Assembly (NCBI GenBank): GCA_951406725.2
Contig: OX597816.1
Span: forward strand, 63,178,001 to 63,242,000
Source: Octopus vulgaris
Lineage: Eukaryota
DNA: 64,000 nt
Reading direction: 5' to 3'
A program made the position numbers and the translations under genes. Below the pieces are notes generated by a model. It saw only the letters and a list, made by a program, of their open reading frames with translations. It ran no database searches and was not told the DNA's origin. Positions within the stretch are counted from its first letter, which is position 1; each line of letters starts with the position of its first letter. Below, piece by piece: positions 12,742-27,214 of this stretch.

Positions 12742-13068
12742 TGAAGATGCATGGCTTAGTGTTTAAGGTATTCATCTCATACATGTAAGGCTGTGAGTTC
12801 AATTCTTGGTGGTGTGCTGTGTCCTTGGGCAAGACACTTTATTTCACATTACTCCGGTTTCTTCAGCTGGTAAAAATGAGTTGTAACTGTGATTTAAAGG
12901 GCCAGCCTTGTCACATTCTGTGTCATGCTGAATCACCCCGAAAATTTACATTGAGGGTACGTGAATCTGTTGTGTGCTTAACCATTTGCATGCTAATTTC
13001 ATGAGCCGGTTGTTCTGTTGATCAGGTCAATTAAAACCTTTATTGTTATAACCAATGGAGTGTCAGTT
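12742..13068 (+). mobile_element. tRNA-head SINE family E (CORE-like) with TSD agatagca
   Basis: tggcttagtg...gagttcaattc head, then tgtgtccttgggcaagacacttt; agatagca at 12732-12739 and 13069-13076; related copies at 40255-40563, 42417-42662 and 63305-63525 (all minus). Confidence 0.75.
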
Positions 13069-13969
13069 AGATAGCACCACAAAATCTAAGAGACCGATTT
13101 GAAATGACTAGAAGAAAAGGAGGTAGCTAAGATAAAACATCAATTAGCCAGAAGGGAATCTAGACATCAGTATATCAGGCAAGAGGAGAGGCTTGTGTAT
13201 TTTCTGAGATGTGAAGATCAGGAACATGAGATGTTCTGGATTGTCTGGTAGTGTACTACAAAGAATCAAGATGTTGTCAGGGATTAGAATGTACAGAATG
13301 ACTATGACATTGTTGATTTTACTGTTGCTAAACAAGGAAACATGAAAATGTTACAATATGAGGCTGGTGAGTGTATAAAATGCATGAGAGGAAGAGTTTA
13401 TCCTAGCAGACTCAACAGTGGGATAAACCTTCCAAGTTGACAGCAATATGATAGAGTGATTAAACTATGAGAAACTTGTCCATCAAGTTAGTTGCAGAGA
13501 TACCTGAAATATTTTGCATGGTGATCCAGTCGTGACCATCCTGTCAGATCTTTAGACACCATATCTAAGATTGCATTATGCAATAATGGTAGGGTGCAAT
13601 TTGAGGAAGATTTTGCTGCTATTTCTAGCAAGTCAAGTCACCATGTGGCAGCACATTCATTCTTTTGTTGAATGTATATGTTCTGGGAGCTATTGTTGTT
13701 ATTGTTGTTCAATACCTTTAAGTGATCCCTCACCAAGCAGACTTAATTTGGTCAGACATTCCAGGCATGACTATCACATATTTTTCAAGCATAGTGTATC
13801 TCAGGCTGCATTATCCAATATGTCCTTCACGGAAACAGCTGGGTGTAATTGAAGGGTGGCTGTGCCTTTTAATTTGTGATTACCTCATGTGCTGTATATT
13901 GCATATCTCTCTCTTTCACTCTTACTCTCTCCATATATGAGTGTGTATGTGTGTGGGTGTGTGTGTGTG

Positions 13970-14442
13970 GATTGAAATCGAAATCAAATTCGATGACTGG
14001 CATCCGTGCTAGTGGAGTGCTAAGAGCACCATCTGAGTGTGATCGTTTCCAGAGCAGCTGACTGGCTTCCGTGCCGGTGGTACGTAAAAAGCACCATTTG
14101 AGTGTGATCGTTACCAGTGTTGCCTTACTGTCACTTGTGCCGGTGGAACATGAAAAAACATTCGAGTGAGGTCATTGCCAGTGCCGCTGGGCTGGCTCCT
14201 GTGCAGGTGGCATGTAAAAAACACGATTTGAGCGTGGCCATTGCCAGTACCGCCTGACTGGCATGTAAAAGCACCCACTACACTCTCAGAGTGGTTGGCG
14301 TAAGGAAGGGCATCCAGCTGTAGAAACTCTGCCAGATCAGATTGGAGTCTGGTGCAGCCATCTGGTTTGCCAGCCCTCAGTCAAATCGTCCAACCCATGC
14401 TAGCATGGAAAGTGGACGTTAAACGATGATGATGATGATGAT
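13970..14442 (+). mobile_element. SINE family C with internal tandem subrepeats
   Basis: Repeated gtgccggtggcacgtaaaaagcacc units, then ggttggcgtaaggaagggcatccagctgtagaaac and a (GAT)n tail. Confidence 0.8.
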
Positions 14443-16164
14443 GATATATGTGAACATGCTGTTATGTATGGTGTATGGACAACACTCAGTTTTGTGTTGC
14501 TCATCCAGTAAAACACATTTTGATTTAACATGAATAAAGACTTAGTAATCAAATCCTTTAACTATTTGCCCAATTAAACTAAGTATCATATATAGATTTT
14601 CTTTTACGAACACTGAAGATTTAAGTAAGAGTTTATCATATACACACATCTACACATCTTTGGGGGTTTTTTCTCCTCCACTCTTGCTGTGTGTATATTT
14701 ATTCATGGTGATATGTTTGGATAAGGCATATAAACACAAGCTGAAAATAATCAATTAAGATGCTATTATTAGTGCCCTGAGTTTAAATATCATATTACAA
14801 GAATGTTGCATTGTAATCCAACCAAAACCACTTTTCCTTTTCCGGTAAAGCTTAGTGCCAGGTATTTCCCTCCCTGTTTTCTGTTTTCTAGTGCTTGCTT
14901 TTATCTCCGAAACTGAATTTTCTGCTTGGGTTAAACACATGGCTCACATACATACAATGTTTCTTGGTTGTCATTAGATTCTGTTGGCTGACATTGGAGC
15001 ATTGGACAAACATCTATTGCTTCACTATCAAGAATTTTCCTGTTTTTTTTTTAGATTTTGTTTTTGCTTTTTTTTTTTTGTCTTTCTAGCTAAGATTGGA
15101 TTTATCCCATTTGCTGCAGTATTGGTTTAAACATTACCTAATGTCCAGGCATCGATGTCGTTTGGCAATGTGTTTCACTGAAGCGAAAGGATAATTTATT
15201 GCGAAATTGTGTTGGGCTGCTGTTACATGAGCTTAAGCTGATTGCGATACTTTCATGATCTCGCTCTCTCTTTTCCCATCCAAGTTACACAAAATCCGAG
15301 AAGAGGATACCACATTATTACACGCATACATACACACACACACAAACACACTCACTTGCATGCACACACACACACACACACACATGCTCTCTTGCATGCA
15401 CACGCATGCACAGACATGCACATATATGTATATACGTTTGTGCTTGGGGGCAATGTTATGCAGATTGGTTTGCTTAAAGTGCATTTTACTTACATAAAAC
15501 AATTGTCCATTCCCTAGGGAGAAAATAAATAAGTACCTTTTATTGCAGATTCCTAAGGGGATAAGACAAAAAAAAGAACTACAATATATACTGGGAGCAA
15601 GATAGGATATTAACTATAATTATGAGAAAGAAAGGAACCAAAACGTGAGGAGTAATATAAAACAGATGCGGGCAAACATGGCAGTAAGAAGCAATAACAG
15701 GTTTGCTTCCTTCTTTCGAAAGAGGAAAGAGTGACATGGAACACAGAAGTGTGTTTAAATTTTCTGCTTTCAGTGTCGTTCTAGTGTCTACGTCTTGATG
15801 TGCAAGACTGATGTGGTTGGTGTTGTAGCCTGAGGTCAGCCATCTTGCAACATATGCAGGGCTTTTGCGTATAACATTTAAGGTGTCACTATTCTGTGTT
15901 TTATTTATATATATATATATATATTTACATGTCTTGGACTAACAATGACATATGTGCCGGTGTGGGTGGGTAGTTAAGAAGCTTGCTTGGCAACCATGCA
16001 GTTTTGGGTTCAGTCCTACTGTGCGACACCTTGAGCATGTGTTCTTTTACTACAACCCTGGGCTGACCAGTGCCTTGTGAGTGAATTTGGGGGACAAACT
16101 GTGTGGAAGCTCATCATGTGTGTGTGTTTTGCACTTGTCCCTTACACACATATGTGTGTGTGTG

Positions 16165-16558
16165 ACTGGCCTCCGTGCTGAGGGCACGTAACAAACACCA
16201 TCCGAGCGTGGCCGTCCGCCAGCCTCGTCTGGCACCTGTGTCGGTGACACATAAGAAAACACCATCCGAGCGTGGCCGTCTGCCAACCTCGTCTGGCACC
16301 TGTGTCGGTGGCACATAAAAAACACCATCCGAGCGTGGCTGTCTGCCAGCCTCGTCTGGCACCTGTGTCGGTGGCACATAAAATCACCCACTACACTCTC
16401 GGAGTGGTTGGCGTTAGGAAGGGCATCCAGCTGTAGAAACACTGCCACATCTGACTGGCCTGGTGCAGCCTTCGGGCTTCCCAGACCCCAGTTGAACCGT
16501 CCAACCCATGCTAGCATGGAAAGCGGACGTTAAACGATGATGATGATGATGATGATGA
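16165..16558 (+). mobile_element. SINE family C with three ~63-bp internal tandem units
   Basis: aacaccatccgagcgtggccgtctgccagcctcgtctggcacctgtgtcggtggcacat x3 (~16185-16385), then the family C 3' end. Confidence 0.85.
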
Positions 16559-16576
16559 TATATATATATATATATG

Positions 16577-16627
<51 letters not shown>

Positions 16628-17612
16628 CTTCTTATATAAAATAGACCTGTGTGTGTGTCTATTTGCTTTCCACAGGAAAATGGCTGTGCGAGTGGCTCCC
16701 ATATTTGAGATGCCTGAATAATTTGATCTCAGACACGTAACCAGGGTCATCAGTTTATTTTTTTTATTAAAAGAAAATAATATTGCTTTATATATATAAT
16801 TCACTTCTTCAGAAATGTTTCTCAATGTCAACTTCTGGTATTGATGTAGCAATGGTGAAATTTTCCGTTTTCTTTTCCAAAGTCTGTCACTCTCTATTTT
16901 AATGTTTTCATTTCAAGTTTTTATTTGCTATTTGCAAACAGCTACGATAAATTACTGAAAGAAATGTTTACTAAGTTCATAGATTGAAATATTCAGTACA
17001 AGATAGTTTTTAACGAGCTTTTATTTATATGATTTTTTAAATTTCATGTTCGTTTCATTCATTGCCTGTAATGTTCTCTCCCTCCCTCTCTCTCTCTCAC
17101 ACACACACACAAATCAATCGCATACGCACACGTATGTTTTTGTATGTATGTGTGTGTGTGTATGAGACAGAGAGAGAGAGAGTGATGTCTAAGTGGCATT
17201 CACTCTTTCTCTCTCTCACACATACACACACACACGTGCACACACATGTATACAAAAAGATGTATGCATATTTATTTATGTATGTATACATAACAACACA
17301 CCCTTTCTCTCTTTCACACACACCTCAATTTCATCTGATGCTTGATACTGTATGTATGTGTGTTTGTGTGTGCGTGCACGTGGGTGGGGCATTCCACTAT
17401 CGCCATTTATTTCATTCACTCTTGTAAAGATATTCACATAACTCTTTTTTTCATTTAATCCCATTTTAATTTTCAAAAAAGTTTCCAAGAACAATATTCT
17501 CACTCTCTACATGAGGAGTTGGGGAAGGTGTAGATGATCAGTATTCTACAGTAAAGCAAAGATGAGTACAGGTAGGCAATGTTGAATTCTGTAAATATAT
17601 AAACAAAAGCTT

Positions 17613-17656
<44 letters not shown>

Positions 17657-17681
17657 CTCTCTATTAAGCTATTTGCCAGAA

Positions 17682-17832
17682 TCTTCTGATGAGGATAACA
17701 TGATTTCACATCACAGATCTCAAAATCCATGCTAGTTCATCTTGTCTATACTCCAATAATAATATTGTACTTCATTACATAATATACAAGGTTAAGCTAC
17801 CTGTCAACATTTATCTGAAACAGCTGTAAAGA
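17682..17832 (+). ncRNA. Type I hammerhead ribozyme motif with a ~110-nt insert in stem II
   Basis: tctt-CTGATGA-ggataa[...]ttatct-GAAA-cagctg-TA-aaga: 4-bp stem I, 6-bp stem II, palindromic ACAGCTGT stem III; predicted cleavage after 17828. Confidence 0.6.
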
Positions 17833-18682
17833 GGAAATGGGATTACATCATTTATTTGTATAAGCAACTTCCCATATGAATCCTACACCTTGTATCTACT
17901 TTTGCTTATCTGTCTTTTCTGCTCATGTATATATGTATATGCATATATATATATACATATATACATGTATGTATATATGTGTGAATGTAAGTATTCCATG
18001 CTTGTTATAGGATGAGCAAAGCAGTGGTCATTGTTAACATTCTGGGTTGACATAACAGGTCACTTCTGTGTTTTTGAAGATTAAAATTTTTAAAGAAATA
18101 AGAAATAAAATAACAATAAAGAAAAAAAAAAAAAGAAACCTTTATCTGAAAACCAGTAAAAGTTGACATCAGGAAGAGTTTCCGGCCATAAAATACTGTG
18201 TCAGATAACTTTCCTATCCAATTCCATATTAGCATAGGAAAATGAACACCAAATGGACAAACATCGAAAGCAACCTTTGCCTAATAAAATTTTATAGACC
18301 TACACACAAATTAGCATCTTCTTTTTTATAAGTTGGGTGTCAAAAACTGAAAGTCATTTACACCTTTATTCTATTACTGTTTTCAGACACTGGTTATTGG
18401 CCATGCTGGGGCACTGGCTTTTATGGTTTACTCAATCATATCGACCCCTGTGCTTACTCTTAAGTCTGGGTTTTGGTTCTTTTATGAATCTATTTATCAA
18501 ATGGATAAATTTTTGGCACACCATGACTAACCTGTCATAGTTATACATAAACACTCACACACACACACACACACACTCACAGAGTTGTTTTGCAAGATTC
18601 TTGATGTGAAATCATGTCTTGAAACATGTATTGTTGCATTTTGGGATGGTCACGAGTTTTTTGTGCCAAATAAACACACACA

Positions 18683-18745
<63 letters not shown>

Positions 18746-18947
18746 TATATATATTGCGTGCCTTTATTTGGCAAAATAAAAAAAAAAAAATGAAATGACC
18801 ATCCTGAAGTATAACAGAGATAGCTGTGTGGCAAGATGTCCCTGGTTCAATCCCATTGAGTGACACCTTGAGCCAACCAAGACCTTGTGAGGGGATTTGG
18901 TAGACTGAAACTGAAAGAAATCCATCCTTTATATATATATATATATA

Positions 18948-19108
18948 AAGGAAAGTTTACGAAAATAAACAAAAGACAAAGACAGGTGGTGTACAAAACA
19001 AACAGATGTATAAGTATAGCGCTCAGGAATAGAAAAAGTCTTTTACGTTTCGAGCCTACGCTCTTCTACAGAAAGGGATGCAGAAAAACAAGGAGAAAAA
19101 AAAAATGT

Positions 19109-19110
<2 letters not shown>
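18948..19110 (-). mobile_element. Repeat family F copy with variant hammerhead-like motif at 19039-19076
   Basis: Minus strand reads ccttt-ctgtaga-a-gagc(gtag)gctc-gaaa-cgta-aaaga. Confidence 0.7.
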
Positions 19111-19164
<54 letters not shown>

Positions 19165-19227
19165 TAATTTTATTTGTCAGGGAATAAAAATTCCGGCATA
19201 ACAAATTGTTCTCAATGAATAAATATA

Positions 19228-19505
19228 TATTTTCATTTAGAGATAGTAGGCTCCTTCATCTCACCATATATAAAAGAATTTTTATTTTAAATACCTACTA
19301 CTTTATAACTTATGAGAAAATGATATAGGGGCCTGATGATTGGGGTTATATTTTAAGAATGGTTCCAGCAAAACACGGAGTGGTTCAGCAACCGGGAAAT
19401 GTACCTCATGAAACACGTGTAGCCAAGTTATAAAGTAGTAGGTATTTAAAATAAAAATTCTTTTTTATATGGTGAGATGAAAGGGCCTACTATCTCTAAA
19501 TGAAA

Positions 19506-19508
<3 letters not shown>
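19228..19508. mobile_element. Foldback element: ~84-bp inverted arms around a hammerhead-containing loop
   Basis: Arms 19228-19311 and 19425-19508 are near-perfect reverse complements; embedded among microsatellites. Confidence 0.85.
19330..19424 (+). ncRNA. Type I hammerhead ribozyme motif
   Basis: ggc-CTGATGA-t-tgggg.tatatttt[...]gaaatgta-cctca-t-GAAA-cacgtg-TA-gcc; extended stem II, palindromic ACACGTGT stem III; predicted cleavage after 19421. Confidence 0.7.
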
Positions 19509-19557
<49 letters not shown>

Positions 19558-20505
19558 ATGTTTGTGTGTCTGTGTTTGTCCCTCTAGCATTGCTTGACAA
19601 CCGATGCTGGTGTGTTTACGTCCCCGTCACTTAGTGGTTCAACAAAAGAGACTGATAGAATAAGTACTGGGTTTACAAAGAATAAGTCCCGGGGTCAATT
19701 TGCTCGACTAAAGGCGGCGCTCCAGCATGGCCGCAGTCAAATGACTGAAACAAGTGAAAGAGAGTATATGTATATGTATGTGTGTGTGTGTGTGTGTGTG
19801 TTTATCCCTGACTAGCACTTGGCATCTGGTGCTGGTTTGTTTACTTCCCTGTGATTTAGCAGCTCTGCACAAGTGAAAGATTAAGTATCAGGCTTAAAAA
19901 AAAAATTTTTTTTTAAATGGGATTAATTCAACAGACTAGAAATCTTTCGAGGTGATGCTCCAGCATGGGTGTAGTCAAATGACTGAAACAAGCAACAGAT
20001 AAAACCATGTACACACACAGACACACACACAGATAAATATATGACAGGCTTCTGTACAGTTTTCAAATACCAGATTCCGTGCGCATAGCATAAGTCGGCT
20101 GGAAGATATGCACCCAGTGTGCCATGCGGTGGCAAGCAGGAAGTGAACGTCTTGACTGCAGAGCCATGCATGCACCTGGTGCCCACAAGAAGCAGTGAAT
20201 AGATTTTATATATATTGAATGTAGGATAGCGACAGTGAGCTAGTAATCCATGCACCTTAAATGTGCATATTCCAAGAAGATTCCGGATCTGTGTCATTTG
20301 AAGAAAGAAAAGAATATAAATACACTCACACTCATCTACACACACACACACACACACACAGATGGTTTTTGTGTTAGGACAACAAACATTAATTAACGAA
20401 ATGTATTCATATACCTGTGTATTTGTGTATGTTTTTATGTATACATATATATTTGTGTATATATACATACATATACACATGCAAATATGTATACATACAT
20501 ATATG

Positions 20506-20536
<31 letters not shown>

Positions 20537-20696
20537 ACCTATATTTACATAAACACAATTATATATACAAATATATACACATAAACATATATATACATAT
20601 ATATAGATATATATGTTTATATATGTATATATATATACATACACACACATACGTATATATATATACACACATGTTTATGTATATGTATATATGTAT

Positions 20697-20728
<32 letters not shown>

Positions 20729-20817
20729 ATGCATACATATATATATATATGCATACACCTATATGTATATATATGCATACATATATATGTATACATATAT
20801 ATACACATATATGTATA

Positions 20818-20869
<52 letters not shown>

Positions 20870-21415
20870 TATATACATACCTGTATATACACACACATGC
20901 GCATGTGTGTGTGCATTGTACTCTGCTTGTCTGCGTGTGTTAGTGCGCAAACACATTGTCAGATAGCAATCTAGTGGAAGTCCTAGAGCTGTTCTGTGAA
21001 TGCATAGACGTGAGCGTAGCATTGTGAATAATACTTGTGTGTGTGTGCATCTGTGTGTGTGCATCTGTGTGTGTGCGCGCGCGCGCGTGTGTGTGTGCGC
21101 ATGTGTGTGCATGGTTTTAACAACACAGGCAGACTCTGCTGCATGAGATTACCAACAGTAACTGCAAGGAATGACATTAATACATCAACTAAAAGCTTTT
21201 AGCTGTTTCTTGTTTATGCAGTCTTCTTCTGTTGTTGTGGCTGATGTTGTTGTTGTTGTTCTAGTTGTTGATGTCGTTTTCTTTCCGATTCCTTAAAGAA
21301 ATTTTCCAACAAAGAATGAATCAGTCTTTTACAACAAACTAGATTTCATTGTTGAAATTCATATTAATGCTCAGTAACATTATATATATATGTATACATA
21401 TATATATATATATAC

Positions 21416-21451
<36 letters not shown>

Positions 21452-21454
<3 letters not shown>

Positions 21455-21822
21455 CTTTACTCTTTACTCTTTTACTTGTTTCAGTCATTTGACTGTGGCC
21501 ATGCTGGAGCACCACCTTTAGTCGATCTAATCGACCCCAGGACTTATTCTTTGTAAGCCTAGTACTTATTATATATCTAGTACTTATTATATATCTTTTG
21601 CTGAACTGCTAAGTTATGGGGATGTAAACACATCAGCATCGGTTGTCAAGCGATGTTGTGGTGACAAACACAGACACAGAAACATATACATACACATATA
21701 TATACATATATATATACATATATACGACAGGCTTCTTTCAGTTTCCGTCTACTAAATCCACTCACAAGGCTTTGGTCAGCCCGAGGCTATAGTTGAAGAC
21801 ACTTGCCCAAGGTACCATGCAG
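21452..21822 (-). mobile_element. SINE family B, 5'-truncated
   Basis: Reverse complement of the family B body with a (ctcttta)n tail. Confidence 0.8.
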
Positions 21823-21881
21823 TGATATATTGACTTCTATACATGTGTGTATATATGATGTGTGTGTATATATATATATAT

Positions 21882-21921
<40 letters not shown>

Positions 21922-22452
21922 GCATACACATAAATATGTGTGTGTGTGTGTATATATCTATCGTCATTATCTTCATCATCGTTTAACATCCGCTTTCCAT
22001 GCTAGCATGGGTTGGACGATTTGACTGAATGTCTGGCGAACCAGATGGCCACACCAGACTCCAATTTGATCTGGCAGAGTTTCTACAGCTGGATGCCCTT
22101 CTTAACACCAACCACTCCGAGAGTGACCTAACGAATATATATCAGTTTACCAATGACATATGTATATAGCTTTTTATCTGTTACTTATTTCAATCTTTAC
22201 ACTGCAGCCATGCGGGAGTACTGTCTTGAAGAAATTTTAGTTGAATGTATCATCCCCAAACCTTAATTTTTTAAGGCCAGGTACTTATTCTATCAGTCTC
22301 TTCAGCCAAGCAAGAAATATGATGGAATGATTAAGCTGACCTTGTAATCAGGGGGTGACAGTTTCTAACACAACCACAGGTGGAACCAACTCTTGTCTGT
22401 GCAATTTCATAGGCAGAAGCTCTTTGACGACACTGTTTCAAATAATGTACCT

Positions 22453-22665
22453 ATTTCTTTACTACCCACAAGGAGCTAAACAGAGAGAGAACAAACAAGG
22501 GTGGCCAAATGGATTAAGTCGATTACATCGACCCCAGGGTGTAACTGGTACTTGATTCATCGAACCCGAAAGGATGAAAGGCAAAGTCAACCTCGGCAGA
22601 ATTTGAACTCAGAACGTAACGGCAGACGAAATACGGCTATGCATTTCGCCCAGCGTGCTAACGAT
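22453..22665 (-). mobile_element. SINE family A with 12-bp TSD
   Basis: aataatgtacct at 22441-22452 and 22666-22677 flanks a reverse family A copy. Confidence 0.85.
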
Positions 22666-23130
22666 AATAATGTACCTGTCGTCCAAAGTCCTGATTTAGC
22701 ACATATTTTGTCACGAAGGTTCTGGCAGTGATTTATCTGAAGGATACATGCCTGTGCAATGCCCATACACTTATGTGTTGATTTAGTGTTTAAATAATAA
22801 ATAAGCTGGTCAAACAACTCAATGGCTGATCTCTAATTAGTATGAGTGCGTGCATGTGTTTGTGTTTGAAGTTTCAGAGTGTGTATACACACATGCTGGT
22901 GGTGTGTGCGAGTGTGCAAGCAATGTATATAGACGTGTATACACACACACAAACACACACACACATATAGGGAGTTAAAAGCTATGGCTGGTCATAGAGT
23001 GAGCATTGATTTCACGCCTATAAAGAGCTTAGCAGTATAGGTGACTTGCTCTGATGCTTTAAGGGATGTTTCATTTTCGGATATATGAATTGGTGATGTA
23101 TATACATATATTTATATTTACACTTCCCCC

Positions 23131-23175
<45 letters not shown>

Positions 23176-23243
23176 TGGCCATTGATAAAGTTTTTTTCGA
23201 GAAAATATATATTTTTTTTTGAAAAGAATTTTATCCTCACATT

Positions 23244-23337
<94 letters not shown>

Positions 23338-23687
23338 TCGCGCAAATATATATTTCTGTCTAATGGTATCAGCCATGCTGGGGCAGAGTACAGACATATT
23401 CTGTGTATATACATATATATATATATATTTACACCACACACACACATTTGTAAACACGTATGTTTGTGAGTACATGTGTGTGTGTATATATATATACATA
23501 TATACATATGTAATATATGCACTATCTATACACACATAGCTTTTAACTTCCTATATGTGAGTGTGTGTGTGTGTACATAGCCTTGTGTGTAAGAATGGAG
23601 ACTGTTGATTAAACAACTGAATACTTCTAGTAAAATCTGAAGGGGAAAATATATACATTTATAAACATGCATATATATATATATATA

Positions 23688-24058
23688 TACTCTTTACTCT
23701 TTTACTTGTTTCGGTCATTTGACTGAGGCCATGCTGGAGCACCGCCTTTAGTCGAGCAAATCGACTCCAGGACTTATTCTTTGTAAGCCCAGAACTTATT
23801 CTATCGGGGACGTAAACACACCAGCATCGGTTGTCAAGCAATGCCAGGGGGACAAACACAGACACACAAACACACACATACATATATATATATACGACAG
23901 GCTTCTTTCAGTTTCCGTCTTCCAAATCCACTCACAAGGCCTTGGTCGGCCCGGGGCTATAGCAGAAGACACTTGCCCAAGATACTACGCAGTGGGACTG
24001 AACCCGGAACCATGTGGTTGGTAAGCAAGCTACTTACCACACAGCCACTCCTGCGCCT
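23688..24058 (-). mobile_element. SINE family B, near full length
   Basis: Reverse-complement head ends accacacagccactcctgcgcc at ~24058. Confidence 0.85.
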
Positions 24059-24065
24059 ATATATG

Positions 24066-24099
<34 letters not shown>

Positions 24100-24102
24100 T
24101 AT

Positions 24103-24155
<53 letters not shown>

Positions 24156-24168
24156 CATATGTATATAT

Positions 24169-24290
<122 letters not shown>

Positions 24291-24839
24291 GATGATGTGC
24301 ACACAGTGAAATAACCAGAGTATGTATGTACATCTGCATTATATTCACAGGCTGTCAGTTCTAATTTATTTGTTCCTTCTCTCTTGTATGGCGATTGTCT
24401 TTTCAAGTCTTCAGTCTTCCATATTCTGCAGTCTTCTCTGTAGAGCTGCTGCACACACAGTACCATTCTCTTCATTTGCTAATTGACATATATGTGAATA
24501 AAAACGGAAACTGTTGCATTGAAAACTTTACAAGTTATGCCAAAAGCGTCTTTGCCTGCGTTTTATCTGTTTCTCTCAACAAATGCATGCCTCTTAACAT
24601 ACCTTTGTAGCTATCGTTGCATTATACGAGTTCGTGGGTGTATGTGTGAGTGTGTGTGTGTGTGTGTGTATTTATACATATATATTTATACATATATATA
24701 TTTATATATATAAGTATATATATATAGAAGTATATATATATATATAAGTATATATATGTATGTATATGTATATATATATATATGTAAATGTGTATGTGCA
24801 TATATATATATATATGCATATATATATATATGTGTATAT

Positions 24840-24875
<36 letters not shown>

Positions 24876-24923
24876 GTATATATATATATGTATGTGTATA
24901 TATATATGTATGTATGTATGAAT

Positions 24924-24957
<34 letters not shown>

Positions 24958-25486
24958 GTATGTATGTATTTATGTATGTACGTGTGTATATGTATGTATA
25001 TATATATGTATATATATATGTATGTATATATATATATGTATGTATGTATATATATATATATGTATATATACATATATATTTATGTGTATATATATATATA
25101 TATGTATATGTATATATGTATGTATATATATTATATCAAACATGTTTCCACGTACACTTGAACAGATTTACTTGTTCTGCGTTCTTTGTACATTATGGAC
25201 ATCAACATATACAGACATGTACATTGATATATACACATGCACACGCACACACACAAGCACATGAATGCACACACATGCATACACTCATCTGCATGCATAC
25301 GAGCATACGCTCTCCCCCCTCCTCGAGCGCTTATTATCATCACCCCCCTGTATGTTGTGCATTACAACAGACACAATGAGAAGATCTGCAGTGCCTTGTC
25401 TCATTGTTGTCTGCTGAATAGGAAAAGAGGAAATGATATGCAACAGAAAAAAAAGATCCCTCCTTCAATATGTATAGTATATATAT

Positions 25487-25518
<32 letters not shown>

Positions 25519-25519
25519 C

Positions 25520-25551
<32 letters not shown>

Positions 25552-25604
25552 TATATCTATCTATATATATATATATATATATACATGTGTGTATATGTAT
25601 ATAC

Positions 25605-25636
<32 letters not shown>

Positions 25637-25651
25637 GTGTGTATATACACA

Positions 25652-25688
<37 letters not shown>

Positions 25689-25696
25689 CACATACA

Positions 25697-26190
25697 TATC
25701 ATCATCATCATCATCATCATCATCATCGTTTAATGTCCGCTTTCCATGCTAGCATAGGTTGGACGGTTCAACTGGGGTCTGGGACGCCCGAAGGCTGCAC
25801 CAGGCCATTCAGATCTGGCGGTGTTTCTACAGCTGGATGCCCTTCCTAACGCCAACCACTCCGTGAGTGTAGTGGGTGCTTTTTATGTGCCACCGACACA
25901 GGAGCCAGACGAGGCTGGCGAACGGCCACGCTCGGATGGTGTTTTTTACGTGCCACCGACATGGAGGCCAGGCGAGGCTGGCACGGCTACGATCGGATGG
26001 TGTTTGTTACGTGCCACCAACACGGAGGCCAGTCGACGCGGTGCTGGCTACGGCCACGTTCGGATGGTTCCCTTATGTGCCACCAGCATTGGTACCACAA
26101 ACTACAAATTCCATTGATGTGGATCGATTTTGATTTTGATTTGATTCTTTGATTTTGATTTTCACTTGCCTCAACAGGTCTTCACAAGAC
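25697..26190 (-). mobile_element. SINE family C with internal tandem subrepeats
   Basis: (CAT)n tail, family C body and four diverged gtgccacc...gg units. Confidence 0.8.
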
Positions 26191-26192
26191 CT

Positions 26193-26285
<93 letters not shown>

Positions 26286-26434
26286 TTATGTACATATATA
26301 TATGTATATGCACATATATACCCTAGACACAGTAGCCTAGGGTAGTTTTTCTACCTGGTTAGCTCATGTCACCTATCCTACCCATGTATGCATGGAAGAT
26401 GTATGTTAACTGGTGATGATGATGATGATGATGA

Positions 26435-26468
<34 letters not shown>

Positions 26469-27214
26469 TTGCAGGCATGTGTGTGTGATCAAGAAGCTTG
26501 CTTTCCTATTTTCCAATCCTATAGTCTTGTGTTCCTTCTGTCCCTCTGCACATCGCCTTGTGCAAGTGTCCTCTTCTATAGCTCTGGACTGAGTAAAGGT
26601 TTTCGGAGTGGATTATGTAGATAGAAACTGAAAGAAGCCCATTGTGTGTGTGTGTGTGTGGTTATATAAATATATATATCGTCATCATCGTCGTCGTCAT
26701 CATCATTTAACAGCCATTGTTCATGCTGGCATGGGTTGGATGGCTTGATCAAAGCTAGGGAGCTGCACCAGACTCCAGTCTGATTTGGCAGGGTTTCTGT
26801 GGCTGGATACTCTTTTCAATGCCAACCACTTTACAGGGTGTTCTGGGTGCTTTTCTGTAGCACAAAACAGGTGCTTTTATGTGGCACCATACAGGCACTT
26901 TTGCCTGAAACCACATGTAAGTGATGCTGGTGTTGTTTGCCGAATTTGTTTGAGTATAGGAGAAAATGTCTTGAAGTATTTCTTTAGTATATTTCAACAT
27001 TGAGTTCAAATGACACTGAGGTGAACCTTTCCCTTAATCCGTTTGGTGGAAAATGGGGATCACTAATATAAAGAACCAGTTCAGTACTGCTGTTGATGTT
27101 ATTGATTCAGCCCCTTCCCTGCAAAAGAACTCACTCCCTATTGTTATTATTTAGCTCCAGGTTGAGCCCTCCTTGCATGTATCTATGAACAAAGAGGTAC
27201 CTCGAAATAAAGGG

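Noticed and set aside
11940-13480. Very old LINE on the minus strand
   Set aside because: Only faint endonuclease-like residues; too degraded to support by eye.
16185-16385. CRISPR-like array
   Set aside because: No unique spacers and no cas genes; it is the internal VNTR of a eukaryotic SINE.
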